A DNA stretch of 64,000 nucleotides, taken from NCBI GenBank assembly GCA_964633865.1, contig CAZWIJ010000001.1, positions 66,352 to 130,351 on the forward strand, written 5' to 3'. The notes beneath the pieces are model-generated. The model was not told the origin of the DNA. It was given only the letters and a program-made list of their open reading frames with translations, and ran no database searches. Position numbers and translations under genes: made by a program. The DNA is from an uncultured Candidatus Saccharibacteria bacterium (GTDB lineage Bacteria; Patescibacteriota; Minisyncoccia; SW-4-49-11). Below, one piece after another: positions 47,495 through 57,924 of the stretch (positions are counted from its first letter, which is position 1; the number at the start of each line of letters is the position of its first letter).

Positions 47495-48919
47495 ATGAAT
47501 CCTAAAATTCAAAATTTCATTTCATTTTTATTAATAATTTTGTTTTTAATAGTAGCTCCTTCTATAATATTTTATGCTATGGGATATAGATTAAATAAAT
47601 CTGCTTATCAAAACAAAAATGAACCTATTATCAAGGCAACTGGGGGGATTAGAATAGATACTCCTATTGTATATAATATAGAAATAGATGGTATAGAAAA
47701 AAATACTAAGACACCTTTCTTAAAAACTGGATTAGATACTAATCCTATTAATATAAAATTATCTAAAGAAAACTTTTATTCTTGGGAAAAGATTTTAAAT
47801 ATTGAACCGAATATTGTAACTCTTATAAATTCAGTCATATTATTCCCAGAGAATCCTGATTTAAATAATATATCTAACTTAATTTCACCCTCTGAGATAA
47901 TAAAAAGTTTTACAGAATCCATATTATACTCATCTTCTAATCCAAATTCTTCCGGTCTATGGATATATAATATTATATCTAAAGAGAATATTCCTTTATT
48001 AAATAACTTAGAGATTAAAGGAAGTATTGATCAAAAATATGAGCTTATTTATTCAAATATATCAGATCAAATAATTATTAAAACATCTATTTTAGAAAAA
48101 GATCAGTATTATTTAATTAGCTTACAGAATGATGAATCTACAACCCCAATTAATATAACAGATTTCTTTAACTATGATGTAAATTTAGCAAATATAGAAA
48201 TAGTAGACTTGTCAAATAATATTCTTACATATTTACAGGGAGGTCATATTTTCCAATATAACCTAGCTATCAATAAAAAATCTAATATTATATTAAGTAA
48301 TGTGACAAAAGCTAAATTAATACAAAATAATATATATTACTTAAAGGAAAACACAAATGAAATATATATTTATAATTTAAACAATGATATCTCAACTTTA
48401 CTAATTTCTGGACAAGAGAGTATAACTCAATTTTTTGTATCAGATAATCAATCTCATATAATATCTATTGAAAATAATATATTATGGGTAAAAAATCTAT
48501 TAGATAATTCATTAGAAAGTGAAAAATTAGATAATTTAGAGCTTACAAATATTAAGTTTAGTTATGATAATAAAAGGGCTTTATTATATGGAAATAATGG
48601 TATATATATTTTATATTTAGATAAATTTGAAGGTTATCAAAACAAAAAAGCTGGTGATTTAGATATTATTTATAAATCAGATAGAAAACTTACTGATATA
48701 GATTTTTTCAAAGGATCTGAAGAATATATTACCTTTATAGAAGAAGATATCTTATATTCTATTGAAATTGATGTAAGGGGAGATAAAATAAATAAATATA
48801 ATTTAGGAGAAGCTAAATCTTATTATCAATTCATAAATAAAAATGATAGTATTTTTATTCTTAATTCTAAAGATAATTTAAAATCTTTTCAATTCCCTAT
48901 CAGAACATCTTTGTTTTAA
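47495..48919 (+). CDS. Membrane-anchored PEGA-like plus beta-propeller protein
   Basis: FYAMGYR, TGGI, KTP, KENFYSWEK..I.P. Confidence 0.65.
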   Translation: MNPKIQNFISFLLIILFLIVAPSIIFYAMGYRLNKSAYQNKNEPIIKATGGIRIDTPIVYNIEIDGIEKNTKTPFLKTGLDTNPINIKLSKENFYSWEKILNIEPNIVTLINSVILFPENPDLNNISNLISPSEIIKSFTESILYSSSNPNSSGLWIYNIISKENIPLLNNLEIKGSIDQKYELIYSNISDQIIIKTSILEKDQYYLISLQNDESTTPINITDFFNYDVNLANIEIVDLSNNILTYLQGGHIFQYNLAINKKSNIILSNVTKAKLIQNNIYYLKENTNEIYIYNLNNDISTLLISGQESITQFFVSDNQSHIISIENNILWVKNLLDNSLESEKLDNLELTNIKFSYDNKRALLYGNNGIYILYLDKFEGYQNKKAGDLDIIYKSDRKLTDIDFFKGSEEYITFIEEDILYSIEIDVRGDKINKYNLGEAKSYYQFINKNDSIFILNSKDNLKSFQFPIRTSLF

Positions 48920-49029
48920 TATTAATTCTAATGTAAAAAATATTATATTAGTATATTACTATTAAATCTTTAATAAAAAATAATTTTAGCTATTTTGTAT
49001 TAATTAATAAAAATCTAAAATTAAATAAG

Positions 49030-50547
49030 CTAATCCTTATTTCTAATCTTTGGAGTTACCCAAAATCCTAAATATTTACCAAGAAACAACCTTATCTGAG
49101 CTTCTATAGCTGGTAGAGACCCTAAGAATAAAGCTACAATTGGAATTAAAGCCCACTGTAAATACATCATAATATTACGAATAAAAGAATATTTTTTTGG
49201 TTTTGGAGGTAATAGAACTATGTTAATATAAGTGGTAATTATTACTCCTGTTAATGTTATGTTCATAATTGTAGAGACATAAATAGGTAGATTATTAGAA
49301 AGAACACTGTCTTTAAATTCTTTCCCACCAAATATTATAGGTGCCCATACATAAAATGCTAATATAATAGCTGAGGTAGCCCAAGTATAATGACCAATAA
49401 TCATATTAAATATTCTTCTCCATTTTTGGAAAAAAGGAGCTTTTTTATTAATTGCATAAGATCGCATAGTTGTTGCCAAATTTTCTATTCCATATGCCCA
49501 CCTTCTTAATTGTTTATATTGATTTGAAAATGCCACTAAAGGATTTTTATCTTGAACAGCATCTAGAGAAACTGATAAATGGATAGGAACAACTTTATAA
49601 TCTCCATTATAAAAATCTACACATTTCCAATATATTACCGAATCATCTGAAACCATGTTAACAGGCCAATAATTAACCTTTATCAATGTTTTAAACATCA
49701 TTGAGTGTGAAGAAAATGTTACCATTCTGTCAAATCTCACAGATTCCATCATATGCCAAAAACTAGAACTAATAGCAACTACCCTAGCAAAAGCTGGTGC
49801 CTCCCAAATATTATTATGATACATAGGTAAAGGCTGATAACTTGCTTTATAAGGGTTATCTTCTTGCATAACTTTATAAGTAAGTCCTGCAAAATAATTA
49901 GGACTAACAATAGTATCACTATCAAATACTGAAATAATAACTTGATCCTCTTTTATGTCCAAAGATTTTATTTTATCTCTTAATATCTTTGCTCCAAATG
50001 TAGCATTAGCACCTTTTGCTTTCATTTCACCTTCAATACCATCAGGATGATTTGTTACTATAAAATCCTTAAATACTCCTTTAAACCTCTTTAATAAATA
50101 CTTTTCTTTTTCTAATCTAAAATCACCTTCTCTCTCTTCTGTAGCAATCACAACTATCATTTTATCTAAAGGATAATTAGAATTTTTAATAGCATTAATA
50201 CTATCTTCTAGAATTTCTTTTGATTCATCATAAGTTAACAACATAACAGCATGATACCAATAATCAAATTTTTCATTATTTTTTATTTTATCTAACCAAT
50301 TTATTTTCAAATCTTTTTTTAATTCACTATAAGCATATATCAAATGTATACTTAAATAAACTGACTTAAATAACCAATATAAATTATATATTAAAATGAA
50401 AATAGCAACCCAAAATGGAACAAGAAGAGATAATATAATCAATAATATAAATGTACCAATTGTTAGTACAGCTGGAAGCATCTCATAGAACCTTTGAATT
50501 CTAAGATCTTTTTTATCTTTTGTTTTAGGATCTGGGTATGTATACAT
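49030..50547 (-). CDS. Polytopic GT2 glycosyltransferase (processive-type motifs)
   Basis: FDSD, VSDD, QLRRW; N- and C-terminal TMs. Confidence 0.85.
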   Translation of the reverse strand: MYTYPDPKTKDKKDLRIQRFYEMLPAVLTIGTFILLIILSLLVPFWVAIFILIYNLYWLFKSVYLSIHLIYAYSELKKDLKINWLDKIKNNEKFDYWYHAVMLLTYDESKEILEDSINAIKNSNYPLDKMIVVIATEEREGDFRLEKEKYLLKRFKGVFKDFIVTNHPDGIEGEMKAKGANATFGAKILRDKIKSLDIKEDQVIISVFDSDTIVSPNYFAGLTYKVMQEDNPYKASYQPLPMYHNNIWEAPAFARVVAISSSFWHMMESVRFDRMVTFSSHSMMFKTLIKVNYWPVNMVSDDSVIYWKCVDFYNGDYKVVPIHLSVSLDAVQDKNPLVAFSNQYKQLRRWAYGIENLATTMRSYAINKKAPFFQKWRRIFNMIIGHYTWATSAIILAFYVWAPIIFGGKEFKDSVLSNNLPIYVSTIMNITLTGVIITTYINIVLLPPKPKKYSFIRNIMMYLQWALIPIVALFLGSLPAIEAQIRLFLGKYLGFWVTPKIRNKD

Positions 50548-50550
50548 ATA

Positions 50551-50937
50551 TTAAGAATTAATTGTAATAACTATATCTAAATAAAATCTTATAATTAATA
50601 ATATTAGTATATTACTTATAAAAATCCAATTTAAAATAAAGTGTTGAGCTAACTTGTTAGAAAAAACTTTAATCTGAACAATACTAGCAAAAAATAAATT
50701 TACTAAAGAAAATCCAATAGAAATCCAAATATAATTATTTAAATTTGAGGATTCATTTATAATTGTGGTTCCTTGAAACATATTAAATCTCATAGCAATA
50801 ACAGAATTGGGAAATAGATTCTCTATAATATTTTTTGAAGTTAAATATAACCAAAAATTTAAAATAATTACAATAATAAAGTAAATGACAATATATCTTC
50901 TTTTAATAAAATTACTAATATTATTTATATTATTCAT
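50551..50937 (-). CDS. Small 3-TM hypothetical protein
   Basis: Hydrophobic ORF; ATGA overlap with the upstream gene. Confidence 0.6.
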   Translation of the reverse strand: MNNINNISNFIKRRYIVIYFIIVIILNFWLYLTSKNIIENLFPNSVIAMRFNMFQGTTIINESSNLNNYIWISIGFSLVNLFFASIVQIKVFSNKLAQHFILNWIFISNILILLIIRFYLDIVITINS

Positions 50938-51233
50938 AATGAATTAACTTTAATGTTTAATTTATCTACTACATATTTAGGATTATGTATATTATCATTC
51001 ATAATTGCTTTTATGTCAAATTCATAGAGTTTAATTTCTTGTGCCTCTAAATTATGAGTAACTTCTATATTTAATATATTATTGCTAATTGACTTTGCTT
51101 TAGAGAAAGATAGATTTGGAAAATTTTTTCTAATAAGATTATCATACAAAAGACAAATTGATGTACTATTTACTTTCAAACCTATATCAGTTTTATCATT
51201 ATATTTCTTATTAATAATTTTCTTAACCCTCAT
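50934..51233 (-). CDS. DciA (DUF721) family protein
   Basis: KAKSISNNILNIEV...AQEIKL...I...N pattern; ~100 aa. Confidence 0.65.
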   Translation of the reverse strand: MRVKKIINKKYNDKTDIGLKVNSTSICLLYDNLIRKNFPNLSFSKAKSISNNILNIEVTHNLEAQEIKLYEFDIKAIMNDNIHNPKYVVDKLNIKVNSL

Positions 51234-52830
51234 ATTTCTCTTTTTTTACAACTTCTGCAAATATCTTACCCCTATATAAATCTACTGATATTGTATCTTT
51301 TATTTTCACTTTGTCAATATCATATAAAATTTTTTTATTTAATCTAGTTAAACTAAATCCTATTTTTAATAATTTAACAGGATTAAAATCTTCTATATAT
51401 TTATTTAAATACCCAACTTTATCTTTATATGAAGAAATTTGATTTGTAATCTTATTATCAATAATATCATATTTAATTTGTAACTGAGATTTATAAGATG
51501 ATATAATTTCTTTAAATATAAATATATTATTTTGGTACTTTCTCAAAATAATATTATAGTCCGTAATAAATCTACTAATAGCTTTTTCCAAGGAAACTTG
51601 TATTACAAATATTTTACTATTGTACTTATCAATATTATATATAACTTTATTATTAACTTGAGAATAAAAATTATCAATCTGCTCTAAAAGAGTAATTTTA
51701 GTTGGTACCAATAATTCTGCTGCATTAGAAGGTGTAGAAGCTCTTAGGTCAGATACATAATCTACAATTGTAAAATCTCTCTCATGTCCAACAGCAACAA
51801 CAATTGGTTTTTTACTTGAAAATATAGCTCTGACTACAGATTCATCATTAAAAGCATGTAAATCATCCATAGATCCCCCACCTCTTGTCAAAACAATAAC
51901 TTCTATTTCTGGATGAGCATTAAGTTGTTCAATGGACTCTATAATTGTTTCTACAGCTTTTTCTCCTTGAACTTGGGAGTGTGAAAAAAATATATCTAAT
52001 CCACCTATTCTTTGATTTAAAACTTTTAGGAAATCTTGATAAGCAGCTGCATCACGAGAAGTAATAAGACCAATTTTTGTAGGAAGATAGGGTAATTTTC
52101 TTTTTCTTGATGTATCAAATAAACCTTCTGATTCTAACTTTTGTTTTAATAATTCAAATGATTTTAATAATTCTCCTTCTCCTGAAATTTGAATAAAAGA
52201 AACATTCAAGCTAAACAATCCTGATTTAGAACTTATTTTAGCATTGCCAGTTAATATAACTTTCATACCATCTACAGGTGAAACTCTAGATTTTCTCAAA
52301 GTGTATATTGTAGTAAAACATCTTATTTTAGCTTGTTTAAATTCATCTTTTAAATCAAAAAATATCCATTGATTTTGTCCAAAATGTGAAATTTGTAGAG
52401 AAGATATTTCTCCTTCAACCTTAAAAATATCTGTATCTATTTTTAAATTTATATCATCTATAAATTTAGATACACTAAATATCTCATCTTTCGTCACATC
52501 TTTTTTAAGATATTTATTAATAAATAAATTTAATTTCTCATCTTTATTTGTTTTTATAAATTCTTTAAAAAAATTCTTAGCTAACTCTTCTTGATCATAA
52601 AGTAGAGTTTTAACAACCTCCTTTTTTACCAAATATGATCTATCATTATATAATAAAGGCACAAGATAATCATAGATTTTATCATAACTAAAGCTTCTAA
52701 GACATTTTACTGCAATTTGTCTAAAAGTAGATTTTTTATGATAGAGAAAAACTTGAACACTATATATAGATTGATCTTTTTTATCTAAAACTAAATTTTC
52801 TAAATATTTTTCTAACTGAATATTTGTCAT
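51223..52830 (-). CDS. xseA: Exodeoxyribonuclease VII large subunit with a ~115-aa N-terminal HEAT-like extension
   Basis: FSVSKF, VEGEIS, FFDLKD, GEGEL, EGLFD, AAYQD, VQGE, RGGGSMDDL, VGHERD, RASTPSNAAE. Confidence 0.93.
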   Translation of the reverse strand: MTNIQLEKYLENLVLDKKDQSIYSVQVFLYHKKSTFRQIAVKCLRSFSYDKIYDYLVPLLYNDRSYLVKKEVVKTLLYDQEELAKNFFKEFIKTNKDEKLNLFINKYLKKDVTKDEIFSVSKFIDDINLKIDTDIFKVEGEISSLQISHFGQNQWIFFDLKDEFKQAKIRCFTTIYTLRKSRVSPVDGMKVILTGNAKISSKSGLFSLNVSFIQISGEGELLKSFELLKQKLESEGLFDTSRKRKLPYLPTKIGLITSRDAAAYQDFLKVLNQRIGGLDIFFSHSQVQGEKAVETIIESIEQLNAHPEIEVIVLTRGGGSMDDLHAFNDESVVRAIFSSKKPIVVAVGHERDFTIVDYVSDLRASTPSNAAELLVPTKITLLEQIDNFYSQVNNKVIYNIDKYNSKIFVIQVSLEKAISRFITDYNIILRKYQNNIFIFKEIISSYKSQLQIKYDIIDNKITNQISSYKDKVGYLNKYIEDFNPVKLLKIGFSLTRLNKKILYDIDKVKIKDTISVDLYRGKIFAEVVKKEKYEG

Positions 52831-52845
52831 TTTATAATACCATCT

Positions 52846-54228
52846 TTATTGACCTAAACTATCAGTGTTTTCTATATTAACATCGGGTTCTTGTGTATTT
52901 GGTTGATTTAAATTCAAAGCTAACTCTACTTGAGATACAGCATTCATAACTCTATCTGCATACCATGATTGATTGCAACCACCTACATAACACATTGCTG
53001 CTTTTCTTTCTAATTCAATATTTCCATTTATACTTTGATTTCCTACTTTACCAATCAAAATATTACCCATAGCTAGCATAGCATCCTCTATTTTCCAAGG
53101 ATTAACCTGAGAACCTTTTATAGCTTCCAATTTTTTTTCATATCCTAACCATGTTGTAGGCATAACTTGAGCTTGCCCCATAGCACCACCTGTTCCTGAT
53201 TTGTATGAACTACCTTCACGAAAAGGACATCCTGATACTGGCTGAGTAACTGAAAGCCCTAATTTAGCAACAATTGATTCAAAAGCAGCTTCTTCTCTTG
53301 CCACATTAATTTTTGTATTATTCCCTTCTTTTGCTGCACATCCACTCAATGCATCTTTATAAAAAGATCCTCCTGTACTTCGTCCTAGACCAGATTCAAC
53401 TTTCATAACACCAACTAGGAACTCAGGCCTAACTTTATTTTCTAATAAGTTTGCATTAATTTTAGCAAGATTATAAGCTTCTTCTAGAGATAATGCATTA
53501 TCTTTTCCTCCACCTAGTAAATTAATTGTATTTAGGATAGTTTTTCTTTGTTCAAAAGATACTTTAAGTAATTCTTCGTATTTTTTTTGTTCACCTTTAG
53601 TTTGGTCCAACAAAGTTTGCTTATCCAACTTAGCCAACTCTAAAAATTTTTTTTGGTCTTCCTGTAAATCCCTCAATAAAATTAATTCTTCCTCTTTCTG
53701 GAATAAATGATCTTTTTCTAACAATATCTCTTTTTCTTTAATCTCAATTGTTTTTATAGATTCAGTAATAAAATCTTGCATTACTCCAGATTGCTTAATT
53801 GACCCAAGTATTTCTGATAAATTTTTATTTGTAAGAAATATTTGGAATAAATTAATCTCTGGTTGATAATAAAGAGAACTTATATACTCTTTCATCAATA
53901 TTTTTTTAGAATTAACCATCTTTTCTAAATAAGAAATATATTCTTTTGTTTCTTCTAATTCATTTTGAACAGATTGTATAGATGATATAGTCTTAGACAA
54001 TTCAATTTCAGATCCATTAATATCATTATCTAAAAGAGACAGTTCTTCTTCTAAAGTTTTTACTTTTAAGTCAAAAACTGACTTCTCTTCTGTAATATTC
54101 TGAATTTTAATTGTTTCTTTTTTCAAAGAATCTTCTGCTTGCTCTAATTTGGTTTGAGAAAAAGTAGAATCTACATTAATAATTAACATCCATATAAAGA
54201 TAAACTTTATTATTAAATTTTTATTCAT
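52846..54228 (-). CDS. Secreted coiled-coil protein with a C-terminal lytic transglycosylase (lysozyme-like) domain
   Basis: Signal peptide, long coiled coil, VES, GGAMGQAQVMPTTW, NPW. Confidence 0.8.
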   Translation of the reverse strand: MNKNLIIKFIFIWMLIINVDSTFSQTKLEQAEDSLKKETIKIQNITEEKSVFDLKVKTLEEELSLLDNDINGSEIELSKTISSIQSVQNELEETKEYISYLEKMVNSKKILMKEYISSLYYQPEINLFQIFLTNKNLSEILGSIKQSGVMQDFITESIKTIEIKEKEILLEKDHLFQKEEELILLRDLQEDQKKFLELAKLDKQTLLDQTKGEQKKYEELLKVSFEQRKTILNTINLLGGGKDNALSLEEAYNLAKINANLLENKVRPEFLVGVMKVESGLGRSTGGSFYKDALSGCAAKEGNNTKINVAREEAAFESIVAKLGLSVTQPVSGCPFREGSSYKSGTGGAMGQAQVMPTTWLGYEKKLEAIKGSQVNPWKIEDAMLAMGNILIGKVGNQSINGNIELERKAAMCYVGGCNQSWYADRVMNAVSQVELALNLNQPNTQEPDVNIENTDSLGQ

Positions 54229-54323
54229 TTCTATATTTTATTAATAATATTTAGACTAGATTTTATTTCATATATATAGTATAACTTATATATAGATTTT
54301 ATTCAATATAATTTATTAATTTT

Positions 54324-54464
54324 ATGAAAAATAATCAATTAAAGAAATCACATAGAAAGAACCTATTTAGTAAAAAAAGTATTAAGAAATTTATTATAAA
54401 TTCTTTTGTATTTACAATGATATTTGCAATAGTTTTAAGTTTACTTTTACCTTCTTTTTTTTAG
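54324..54464 (+). CDS. Putative 46-aa single-TM microprotein (not in the ORF track)
   Basis: MKNNQLKKSHRKNLFSKKSIKKFIINSFVFTMIFAIVLSLLLPSFF*, filling an otherwise empty gap. Confidence 0.45.
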   Translation: MKNNQLKKSHRKNLFSKKSIKKFIINSFVFTMIFAIVLSLLLPSFF

Positions 54465-54478
54465 ATTATAAATATTTA

Positions 54479-54883
54479 TTATAATTTATTTTTATCAAAG
54501 AAAAAAGCTAACCACTTTTCTCTATTAGTCAGAGATACTTTAATTTCTTCCTGATTGGGATCTTTTAAAACTCTTATTAATTCTTCATCACTCATATTCT
54601 CAACAATACTGGCAGGTGAAAGATTAATTACTATTTCGCCTTTATCTTTAACATCTAATTTTTGTTTAACTTCTTTATTTTTATAATCAGGATCATTAAT
54701 TATTGCTTTTAATTCTTCTAACTTTTGTGATTCTTGGTTTATTTTCTCAATTTGAGATAAAATATTTTGTTTATCTTTAGCCACAGAATAGCTTTTCATA
54801 TAATTTATAAAGGTACTGTATCCTACAAAACCTATTATTACTATTAAGAATAAAATTATTGTAATTTTAATAGCCTTTTTCAT
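54479..54883 (-). CDS. Septum formation initiator (FtsB/DivIC-like)
   Basis: TM, coiled coil, DPDYKNKEVKQKL..K.KGE.VI, C-terminal N..KW..FF. Confidence 0.75.
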   Translation of the reverse strand: MKKAIKITIILFLIVIIGFVGYSTFINYMKSYSVAKDKQNILSQIEKINQESQKLEELKAIINDPDYKNKEVKQKLDVKDKGEIVINLSPASIVENMSDEELIRVLKDPNQEEIKVSLTNREKWLAFFFDKNKL

Positions 54884-54920
54884 TTAATTTATTATTTATA
54901 TTTTATAAAAATATTATATG

Positions 54921-54991
54921 TTGCCGGACTAGGATTCGAACCTAGATTAACAGGACCAAAACCTGCCGTCCTACCATTAGACGATCTGGCA
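54921..54991 (-). tRNA. tRNA-Gln (TTG), 3' CCA end not encoded
   Basis: Minus strand TGCCAGA...GCAGG-TTTTGGT-CCTGT...CTAGG-TTCGAAT-CCTAG-TCCGGCA-A. Confidence 0.93.
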
Positions 54992-55053
54992 ATTATTACA
55001 TTTTTAATTATAGCAAAAATTATTACAAAAATCAATTAAATTTTAATAATTTA

Positions 55054-56328
55054 TTAATTAGGACAACTAGCTTTATAATAATTCAATGGATTTAATGTTC
55101 CTGATAAGCTAGGATTACTATTTTGAGTTATTTTAAAAGAATCATAAATTGAAAAGTGTAAATGTGGACCTGTAGAAAATCCTGAATTACCTATCTTTCC
55201 TATTGGTTGTCCTTGACTAACAGATTGGCCAACAGAAACTGAAGCTGATCCAGATAAATGAGCATACATACTGACATGTCCTGAATTATGCTTAACTGCA
55301 ACCCAATTACCCCAACCACCACCACAACTACTATAAGAATTACCACATACTCCACCATATTTGGCTATAACAGTTCCATCTGCAATTGAGAATATTGGAT
55401 TACCTCCTCCTCCTATATCAATTCCATTATGTATTTGTCCCCCATAAAAGCCTGTTTTAGCAAAACTTGTCATACCATAACCTTGAGTACATTTATTAGA
55501 AGTTGTTGGCCAGACAATACTACCCAAAGGACTATTAGCAGAAGCTATTTGCTTTGCTTGAGATTCTAATCTAGCTAATTCAGCATAAAATTTATTCATC
55601 TGATCTCTTAGCTGCTTTTGTTCATTACTTAAATTAGCTAAATTTGCATCCAATTGATTTGTTATTTTTTCAGTAGAAAAAACTTGACTTGAAGTCTTAT
55701 TTTTTTCATTTTCAGCTGATATTCTTTGTTTTTCTAGATCATTTTTTACTGAATCAAGATTAGATTTTTCTACAGCAAATTTAGATTTCTCATTTTCTAA
55801 CCAAGTTTTATGATCTATAGCTTGTTTCATTTTTTCTTCAAATTCAGTCTGAACTTGCTCAGAATAAGTAACTTGAGCAAACATATCTGATATAGAGTTA
55901 ACACTCATAAGATTAAATACTTCATTTTTAAGTAAAGATTGCTTATATACTTCCTGAACCATTTCTCTAATTGTATTTTTTTGATTTTCTAAATTTTGCT
56001 CTAACTCTTCGATAGTCATACTTGTTTTTTGTATAACTTGTTCTTTTTCTTGAATTTGACTTCCAACTTCATTAATTTTATTTTTAATTGCAGATATCTC
56101 AGAGTTCAAAGTAGATATTTCTGATTTTAGTTTATTTAATTCAACTTCTTTAGCTTTCTTATCTTGCTCTGTTTCTGCTTTTTTATTTTCTATTGCACTA
56201 ATTCTATTTTGAATGTCTTGAATCTGAGAATTTTTTTGATCAATATCTTTTTGAGATGCAGCATAAGTGAAAGAAAAACTTAGTAAAAACAAACCTATAA
56301 CCAGAATTATTTTTGTAAATTTTATCAT
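55054..56328 (-). CDS. Secreted coiled-coil plus M23 peptidase (EnvC/PcsB-like architecture)
   Basis: Signal peptide, coiled coil, HNGID, GWGN, YAHL, GNSGFSTGPHLHF. Confidence 0.9.
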   Translation of the reverse strand: MIKFTKIILVIGLFLLSFSFTYAASQKDIDQKNSQIQDIQNRISAIENKKAETEQDKKAKEVELNKLKSEISTLNSEISAIKNKINEVGSQIQEKEQVIQKTSMTIEELEQNLENQKNTIREMVQEVYKQSLLKNEVFNLMSVNSISDMFAQVTYSEQVQTEFEEKMKQAIDHKTWLENEKSKFAVEKSNLDSVKNDLEKQRISAENEKNKTSSQVFSTEKITNQLDANLANLSNEQKQLRDQMNKFYAELARLESQAKQIASANSPLGSIVWPTTSNKCTQGYGMTSFAKTGFYGGQIHNGIDIGGGGNPIFSIADGTVIAKYGGVCGNSYSSCGGGWGNWVAVKHNSGHVSMYAHLSGSASVSVGQSVSQGQPIGKIGNSGFSTGPHLHFSIYDSFKITQNSNPSLSGTLNPLNYYKASCPN

Positions 56329-56334
56329 AAATAT

Positions 56335-57768
56335 TTATCTAAATTTATTAATTGCTTTATCTATTCTATTGATACTCTCTTTTTTCCCAATAATATTAAT
56401 TATTTCAAAGGGTGATGGGGATTGTGACTTACCTGATAAACAAACCCTCAATGGCCATAAATATTCTCCAAAATTCAAATTATTTTTATTGAGTTCTGAC
56501 TTTATTATATTTTCTATCTCTTCAAATCTACTTTCTTCTGTATTAGTAATTATATTATAACACCATTTTAAATTTTTGACAATTTTTATTTCTTTCATGT
56601 CTTTCCAAATCAAAATATTTTTATCATAATCTATTTCTTTAACTAAAAATTCTAAGCCATTTCCTAAATCACTAAATTTTTTTATTCTATTACATTCCAT
56701 TAAAATTAACTTTTGTAATTTATCCTCTTCTAGGTTAAGTAAATCTTTATTTATAGATTTTTGTAGAAATTCTTTAGCAAATCTAATTTTATCTTGATCA
56801 AGTAATTTTTTAATATATTTTGAATTAATAGAGTCAAGTTTTTCTATATTAAATACAGCTCCACTTTTTTGTACTCTTTTTAAACTAAATTTTTGGATTA
56901 ATTCACTAATCGAATAATCTTCTCTATCATTACCTTCATTCCATCCTAATAATGCAAGGAAATTAATTAAAGCTTCTGGTAAATACCCAGCTTCAATATA
57001 TTCATCAACTGATGTTGCTCCAAATCTTTTTGACATCTTAGATCTATCAGGAGCTAAGATTAAAGGTAAATGAGCATAATTTTTTCTAGAAAAATCAAGA
57101 GCTTTATTAATTAAAATTTGCTTTGGTGTATTAGAGATATGATCTTCACCTCTTATAATATGAGTAATTTGCATTAACTCATCATCAATTACCACTACAA
57201 AATTATATAAAGGCTCCATTAATGATTTAGCTATCACAAAATCACTCAACAGTGATGTATCAAATTCTATCTTTCCTTTGATTTTATCTTCAAACCTTAT
57301 AATTTGATTCTCAACTTTGAATCTTATAACTGATTTTTCATCTGGTGCCAACTTTTCATATCTTGATTTGGGACGAAATACAAGAGTTTCTTTTTTATCT
57401 TTAGCCTCTTGATTTAATTCATCTAACTCTTCTTTTGTAGTATTATCCCAATAAGCTAATCCTCTTTCTAATAAAATTTCTAAATATTGTTTATAAATTT
57501 CTGTTCTTTCACTTTGTCTATAAGGACCATAATCTCCTATTTCTCCTTCTAAAGTAGCTCCTTCATCTGGATTTAGTCCAAGCCAAGCCATTCCTTTTAG
57601 GATATCGTTTTCAGACTCTTTTGTAGATCTAATTTTATCTGTATCTTCTATTCTAATTACAAATTTACCTTCTTGATTTTTAGAATACAAATAATTAAAT
57701 AAAGCTGTTCTAGCTGTTCCTATATGAAATTTTCCCGTTGGTGATGGTGCTATTCTTGTTTTTAGCAT
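56335..57768 (-). CDS. gltX: Glutamate--tRNA ligase
   Basis: RIAPSPTG.FHIG, RIEDTD, RGEDH, KMSKR. Confidence 0.97.
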   Translation of the reverse strand: MLKTRIAPSPTGKFHIGTARTALFNYLYSKNQEGKFVIRIEDTDKIRSTKESENDILKGMAWLGLNPDEGATLEGEIGDYGPYRQSERTEIYKQYLEILLERGLAYWDNTTKEELDELNQEAKDKKETLVFRPKSRYEKLAPDEKSVIRFKVENQIIRFEDKIKGKIEFDTSLLSDFVIAKSLMEPLYNFVVVIDDELMQITHIIRGEDHISNTPKQILINKALDFSRKNYAHLPLILAPDRSKMSKRFGATSVDEYIEAGYLPEALINFLALLGWNEGNDREDYSISELIQKFSLKRVQKSGAVFNIEKLDSINSKYIKKLLDQDKIRFAKEFLQKSINKDLLNLEEDKLQKLILMECNRIKKFSDLGNGLEFLVKEIDYDKNILIWKDMKEIKIVKNLKWCYNIITNTEESRFEEIENIIKSELNKNNLNFGEYLWPLRVCLSGKSQSPSPFEIINIIGKKESINRIDKAINKFR

Positions 57769-57871
57769 AAATTTTTTAGAGTTAAAAATATTATTATAAA
57801 TATATACAAAATATAATTTTTATAATAATTAAGTTTATAAAATTATTATACTTTAATTTTATAAATTAGTC

Positions 57872-57894
57872 TATCTAATCTACTAGATTAGATA
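57872..57894. terminator. Hairpin downstream of the 57925..58716 gene
   Basis: TATCTAATCT-act-AGATTAGATA perfect 10-bp stem. Confidence 0.45.
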
Positions 57895-57924
57895 TATCGA
57901 AGACAAACCAAATTATAATAGAAA

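Noticed and set aside
54921-54991. tRNA-Gln pseudogene because of an A5-C68 acceptor-stem mismatch
   Set aside because: A single mismatch with all other arms canonical is tolerated in functional tRNAs
57834-57865. Inverted repeat TTTATAAAATTA/TAATTTTATAAA upstream of gltX as an operator
   Set aside because: Composed only of A/T in an extremely AT-rich spacer; likely chance
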